Source: an uncultured beta proteobacterium | GTDB lineage: Bacteria > Pseudomonadota > Gammaproteobacteria > Burkholderiales > Burkholderiaceae_C | Assembly: GCA_963793855.1 (NCBI GenBank) | Contig: CAWCBL010000004.1 | Location: forward strand, 1,088,356-1,152,355 | Direction: 5' to 3' | DNA length: 64,000 nucleotides | Shown here: piece by piece, positions 59,746-64,000 of the stretch | How positions within the stretch are numbered: position 1 is the stretch's first letter | Layout of the letters: every line of letters begins with the position of its first letter | Position numbers and translations under genes: made by a program | The notes under the pieces: generated by a model | What the model was told of the DNA's origin: nothing | Seen by the model: the letters and a program-made list of their open reading frames with translations, nothing else | Databases searched by the model: none

Positions 59746-60063
59746 GCTGGCGCTGACGCTTGCTGAGCGAGAGGAAATCTCTCGCGCTCTGGAGATCGGT
59801 CACTCGACCCGTGCGATCGCGGCGCGAATCGGACGAGCCCCCTCTACGGTTAGCCGCGATATCGAGCGCAATGGCGGGCGAACCAGGCCGACAGCGGAGC
59901 TTGGGATTGGGCACATCGTCCCAAGCCCTGCAAACTGGCTGAAAATCTTGCCTTGGCGCGCGTCGTGACCGACAAGCTGCGCACGCTGTGGTCGCCGGAG
60001 CAAATCGCTGGGTGGCTCAAGCATACTTATCCGTGCGACGAGACCTTTCACGTGTCACACGAG
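59746..60063 (+). pseudogene. IS30-family transposase N-terminal remnant
   Basis: LTLAEREEISR..., GRAPSTVSRDIERN, WSPEQIAGWL, HVSHE across frames. Confidence 0.75.
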
Positions 60064-60181
60064 ATTACCCAGATAGCCCTATATCGGCAGTCTATCTGGG
60101 ACACGCTTTGCAACCACCAAAGTAATGCAAGACACGTTGTCAGGCCTGAGTTGTGTTGGTCGTGAAGCGTGTCTGCATAGG

Positions 60182-60637
60182 TTAATCGGTAAAGTTAAAT
60201 TTCATCGATTCAATTTGAAGCTCATCGGCAGATAAGCCAAAAAATGATGCCGAATACCTCTCACCCGAAGTGGTTTCAAAGACATCCATGGGGATGTATT
60301 CTGAATTTGGATCCCTGCCAACCCAGACCACGCCAAGCCGGTCCATTTTCCAGCCTTCGGTTCCATTCACATGCCCCGGAGTGAGTATGTGCACGGACTT
60401 CAAAAGAATGCCATCTTCAGGCCCAATGTTGATCAACTGCTCAACGCTCCTGAAGTCGGTGACCAACACGGTGCGTCCGTACCCAAAGCCATCTTCCTCG
60501 CTTGTATCGAGTTGTTCAAAATACACCAAGAACCACGTCTGCTGCAAAGCCAGTTCTGCAGCGGTCCAGCCGGTATCTCCAGGCGCGCACAAAAAGGCGG
60601 ACATCGGAGATCGAAATGCGTCACGAGTAAGGAACAT
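60182..60637 (-). CDS. Hypothetical protein, divergent from the XRE regulator
   Basis: 151-aa ORF with natural composition and no recognised motif. Confidence 0.55.
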   Translation of the reverse strand: MFLTRDAFRSPMSAFLCAPGDTGWTAAELALQQTWFLVYFEQLDTSEEDGFGYGRTVLVTDFRSVEQLINIGPEDGILLKSVHILTPGHVNGTEGWKMDRLGVVWVGRDPNSEYIPMDVFETTSGERYSASFFGLSADELQIESMKFNFTD

Positions 60638-60702
60638 AGAAAATTAAAATGAACACTATAGATTGTAGCCCTAAAGGTGTCATTGCTAATTAATCGGAGT
60701 GC

Positions 60703-60993
60703 ATGTCCAATGCCGCTGCACCACACAATAACTTCGCCAGAGCGCTCAAATCGATTCGGAAATCAAAGGGTTTGAGTCAGGAGGCGTTCAGCCTTTCGTC
60801 CAGCCGAACCTATGTCAGCACTCTGGAAAGAAGCCTTAAATCACCAACATTAAGCAAGGTGGATGATTTGGCGGAAGTGCTGGGCGTGCATCCTCTGACG
60901 CTGCTTGCCATGTCTTATCTTCGTACAACGGACTCTACGGACGTAGAGCGTGTCCTGGATCTCGTTTCTAACGAAATCTCAGAGCTTAAATAG
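60703..60993 (+). CDS. XRE/Cro-family HTH regulator
   Basis: IRKSKGLSQEAF...RTYVSTLERSLKSPTL. Confidence 0.9.
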   Translation: MSNAAAPHNNFARALKSIRKSKGLSQEAFSLSSSRTYVSTLERSLKSPTLSKVDDLAEVLGVHPLTLLAMSYLRTTDSTDVERVLDLVSNEISELK

Positions 60994-61088
60994 TTCAGCT
61001 CTGGCGAGAATATTGGCCCATTGAGGACGAGGCAGCAGCCCCTGAAGATGCTGTATAGACTTGGAGGGAGCATCTACCCCCATCTGCC

Positions 61089-61574
61089 ATGAATTCCACC
61101 AGCCCAACCAGAGCGACCAGCACCGTTCAGACATCATTTATGGACTTTGATGGCGTACTGCATCCTGAGTTCTGCCATGAGTCCAAGCACTTCATGCACA
61201 GAGATGCCTTCGAAGCTGTCATGCGCGTATTGTCAAATGTCGACTTAGTGATCTCCAGCACCTGGCGCCACCACCGCTCACTGGATGAGCTAAAGGCGCT
61301 CTTCTCGTTAGATATTGCCGAGCGCGTGATTGGCGCTACGCCCCTTTATGCGCGGCTTGAGGGGATTCCAGGGACGCTGGAAGGCTACGAACGAGAGGCC
61401 GAATGCCAAGCTTGGTTGCGTGCCAACGGACGTATTGCTCAGCGGTGGTTGGCTCTGGATGACCGTTCATGGAACTTCAGGCCCTTCAATCGTAATGTCT
61501 TTTTGGTCGATGGGAACCTCGGGTTGGATGCCGGCGCGGCCAAGGCCCTTCTCGTACGCATGACATCCAACTGA
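61089..61574 (+). CDS. HAD-family phosphatase (Swiss-Army-Knife RNA-repair-like)
   Basis: DFDGVLHP (DxD), VISSTWR, WLALDD. Confidence 0.82.
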   Translation: MNSTSPTRATSTVQTSFMDFDGVLHPEFCHESKHFMHRDAFEAVMRVLSNVDLVISSTWRHHRSLDELKALFSLDIAERVIGATPLYARLEGIPGTLEGYEREAECQAWLRANGRIAQRWLALDDRSWNFRPFNRNVFLVDGNLGLDAGAAKALLVRMTSN

Positions 61575-61599
61575 TTAATGCAGCGACCGGTCACGGCTG

Positions 61600-62160
61600 A
61601 TGACGGCTACCGAGAGCTTTCATGAGGCGCACGCCATCTGGAAGGCTTTGCTGGATATCAAATTTGAGGTTGCCGACCATCCTGTCTCACCGCGCATAGC
61701 CTGGAAGCAGGCTTGCCTCCATCTGAAACCATTGCTGCCCGCCGAACACCAAGAGGTGTTCACTGCACGCTCCCGCGTCAAATGGGACACGATGTTGATC
61801 GCCTACGTTGAGTTGCTTGGACGGAGCAACGGGGAAAACATCGATTTGATGAATATGGCGACCGCCGTACGAATCTTGTTTCGCCATACCACCCAGCCGC
61901 CGAGCTGGCAGCCCGAGAACATCATGGACATCGTCCCCCTAGAAGCGCTCGGCAGCAGCAGGGCTGTGTATGACGACGAGTGTGCAGTTGAGCGGGACAC
62001 CTTCGAGCCAGCCTTGGTCCAGCAAATCGCTGGTGAAACCGCATGCTCGAGTGCAGTGCGTTCAGAGTCAGTAAATTGCGCGTTCATCGTCAGCACTGCA
62101 ACCGATTCCCTACTGTTTGGGTCATTCAGAAATGGAGTAGTCATCAATACGTGGCATTGA
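61600..62160 (+). CDS. Hypothetical protein
   Basis: 186-aa ORF 25 bp after the HAD gene; no recognised motif. Confidence 0.5.
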   Translation: MTATESFHEAHAIWKALLDIKFEVADHPVSPRIAWKQACLHLKPLLPAEHQEVFTARSRVKWDTMLIAYVELLGRSNGENIDLMNMATAVRILFRHTTQPPSWQPENIMDIVPLEALGSSRAVYDDECAVERDTFEPALVQQIAGETACSSAVRSESVNCAFIVSTATDSLLFGSFRNGVVINTWH

Positions 62161-62212
62161 GACCGGTCGAATTCGAATCCAAGTGTTCAGTCAGTAGCGT
62201 GAATTTAAATTT

Positions 62213-62254
62213 AACTTAAACTTAAACTTAAACTTACAGTGGAGGTGTAAGTTC
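62213..62254. repeat. (AACTTA)x4 tandem repeat plus inverted copy near the island right end
   Basis: AACTTA at 62213, 62219, 62225, 62231, then AACTTAC-N9-GTAAGTT dyad. Confidence 0.85.
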
Positions 62255-62311
62255 ACTTATTTTCACTCTGAAAACAATGTCAGCTTACAAAGGCATTGAC
62301 GAATATGTCGA

Positions 62312-62332
62312 GAGCTTGAGCATGAGGTCTCC
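62312..62332 (-). other. Stranded native 5' end of gst (RBS + ATG CTC AAG CTC) marking the right junction
   Basis: Minus strand GGAGACCTC ATG CTC AAG CTC, then divergence; completes MLKL|YIGNKNYSSWS. Confidence 0.85.
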
Positions 62333-62413
62333 AGTCTGCTGGGTTGAAAGGTCCAAGTGGGGGAATCGCCATGCTCAGCTGCCAATGCAGTGGCAAGCGT
62401 GGACTTGGCTGTT

Positions 62414-63370
62414 CTAGAAGCGGCCGGCCGTTTTGCGCTTGGCCATCAGTCCGCTGCGAAGGCCGCGTGCACCCAGATAGGTCGGTGCAATGGCTTCCAG
62501 CGCGGCCGGCGTGATGCCCAGTGCCTGCAGGCCGGGCAGCTTGCCGCTGGCCACGTTGTCGGTTTTCATGGCGTCCAGGTTATCCCGGCTGAGCATGGGG
62601 TCGCCGGGCGCCAGCTCCATGAACCAGGCCTGCAGCCGCGCCAGCGCATCGGGAAGGGCTATCACCGGTCTGCCCTTGCCATGATTGATGCCGGCATGGC
62701 TGCCGGCCAGCTGCACCAGCTGCTTGAGCGTAAACACCTCGGGTCCGCAGACTTCATAAACCTGGCCGACGGTAGCGCTGTCCTGCAGGCAGTGCACCAC
62801 CGCGCTGGCCACGTCGCCCACCCACACGGGCTGGAAACGCGCCTGGCTGCCCGCCAGCGGAATCACCGGGAACACCTGCTGCAGCCGTGCAAAGGTGTTG
62901 AGGAACTTGTCGGCAGCGCCAAACATGACGCTGGGGCGCAGCACCGTCACGTCCAGGCCCGAGCCCAGCAAGGCCGCTTCTCCGCGCGCCTTGCTGCGCT
63001 GGTATCTGGACGCAGAGTCCGTCGATGCGCCCAGCGCGCTGATGTGGACGAGGCGCCGCACACCGCCGGCCTTGCAGGCCCGCACCAGGGTCAGCGGCCA
63101 CTGCACATGGACTTTTTGAAACGCCTCTTCCGAGCCGTGCAGAATGGCAATCAGGTTGACCACTGCGTCGTGCCCGGCCACCAGGGCGGCCAGCGCGGCG
63201 CTGTCATGCAGGTCGATTTCGGCCACATCCACCAATGGCAGCAGTTGCAGGTGCCGCGCATGGTCGCTTCGGCGTGTGGCCACAGTGACGCGGCATGACA
63301 ACTGGTTCAGTTTTTCGCAGACCTGGGAGCCTACAAAACCGGTGCCACCGAAGATCAGAACTTTATTCAT
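62414..63370 (-). CDS. Complex I NDUFA9-like atypical SDR / NAD-dependent epimerase
   Basis: FGGTGFVG, VHISALGA, YQRSKARGE, RPSVMFG, FQPVWVGDVA. Confidence 0.9.
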   Translation of the reverse strand: MNKVLIFGGTGFVGSQVCEKLNQLSCRVTVATRRSDHARHLQLLPLVDVAEIDLHDSAALAALVAGHDAVVNLIAILHGSEEAFQKVHVQWPLTLVRACKAGGVRRLVHISALGASTDSASRYQRSKARGEAALLGSGLDVTVLRPSVMFGAADKFLNTFARLQQVFPVIPLAGSQARFQPVWVGDVASAVVHCLQDSATVGQVYEVCGPEVFTLKQLVQLAGSHAGINHGKGRPVIALPDALARLQAWFMELAPGDPMLSRDNLDAMKTDNVASGKLPGLQALGITPAALEAIAPTYLGARGLRSGLMAKRKTAGRF

Positions 63371-63570
63371 AGCGTCTAATTTAGCGCGTTTGGCAAAAAT
63401 TTCAGGGAAAACTTTATTTTTGAAAGATTTCCGGCTGCGGTCCTTATTTTGTGGGTTGATTGTGCTATCAAGTTGATAGCTGTAAATAGGGTGCAGATGC
63501 CGGGAAATACCTCTGCACAATTCGCCATTGACCTACATGTCAGGGACAACCTCGTCCGCATAATGAGCGG

Positions 63571-64000
63571 ATGAACATTTTTGAAGCATTGCGCATCAGC
63601 CACGTCACCCAGCGCGCGCTGGCCGATAACCTGATCCGGACCGAGGGCGACAGTCCCGAAAGGGCTTCGCTGTTCACGGAGCTCAAGCTCGAACTCGCAG
63701 CGCACGCCGCCGCCGAAGAGCGCTTTTTTTATGTGCCGCTGATTGCGCATGACATGACGCAGGAGCCATCGCGCCACGGTATCGCCGAGCATCACCAGAT
63801 GGACAAGCTGGTGGAGCAGCTGGCGAGCACCGAATTGAGCTCACCGGGCTGGCTGGTCGCCGCCAAAGAGCTGCACCACAAGATTTATCACCATCTTGAA
63901 GACGAGGAGCAGGGCGTATTCCAGCTGGCGGGCAAGGTGCTGAGCGAGGCCGAAAAGCTGTCCCTGGCCAGGGATTACGAAGGCGAGTTCGTCTCGCAGC
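63571..64000 (+). CDS. Hemerythrin/HHE cation-binding protein, 3'-truncated by window edge
   Basis: Translated by hand: MNIFEALRISH...HAAAEERFFY...EHHQMD...HHLEDEEQGVF. Confidence 0.85.
   Translation, partial: MNIFEALRISHVTQRALADNLIRTEGDSPERASLFTELKLELAAHAAAEERFFYVPLIAHDMTQEPSRHGIAEHHQMDKLVEQLASTELSSPGWLVAAKELHHKIYHHLEDEEQGVFQLAGKVLSEAEKLSLARDYEGEFVSQ

Larger units (their letters stand above)
27485..62311. mobile_element. ~34.8 kb genomic island with three tyrosine recombinases (GInt-like), inserted in the 5' end of gst
   Basis: Joining 62312 to 27484 on the minus strand gives GGAG-acctc-ATG CTC AAG CTC TAT ATC GGC AAT (MLKLYIGN); four-gene recombinase module at the left end; atypical composition and IS/defence cargo. 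Confidence 0.88.

Overview
Chromosomal window from a GC-rich betaproteobacterium, probably Comamonadaceae (inferred from gene order, codon style and intergenic repeats). Bases 1-27.5 kb are mostly housekeeping: the tail of a surface-polysaccharide cluster, argB-slmA, a TetR-led fatty-acid beta-oxidation operon, an IS3-family (IS1353-like) insertion, a frameshift-riddled lactate permease, cls, an RNB ribonuclease, cca and gst. Bases ~27485-62311 are a ~34.8 kb genomic island with a four-gene, three-tyrosine-recombinase module (GInt/ginABCD-like). It inserted between codons 4 and 5 of gst: the native RBS plus MLKL is stranded at 62312-62332, and the island supplies a replacement RBS, TTG start and N-terminus. 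The cargo is a co-oriented anti-phage hotspot: a short HNH-effector Lamassu/ABC-three-component system, an unassigned HEPN-motif protein paired with a YkgJ-type Cys-cluster protein, a long Lamassu with a flavin-monooxygenase effector, a 1270-aa nuclease-STAND NTPase, an unknown protein plus DEDDh-BRCT exonuclease, a Fic protein, an intact IS66 with 8-bp TSD, several IS remnants and an XRE/HAD module. The best candidate for an undescribed system is the HEPN-motif + YkgJ pair at 52419-54905. No tRNA, rRNA or CRISPR array was seen. All family calls come from motifs read by eye and recalled knowledge; no database search was run.
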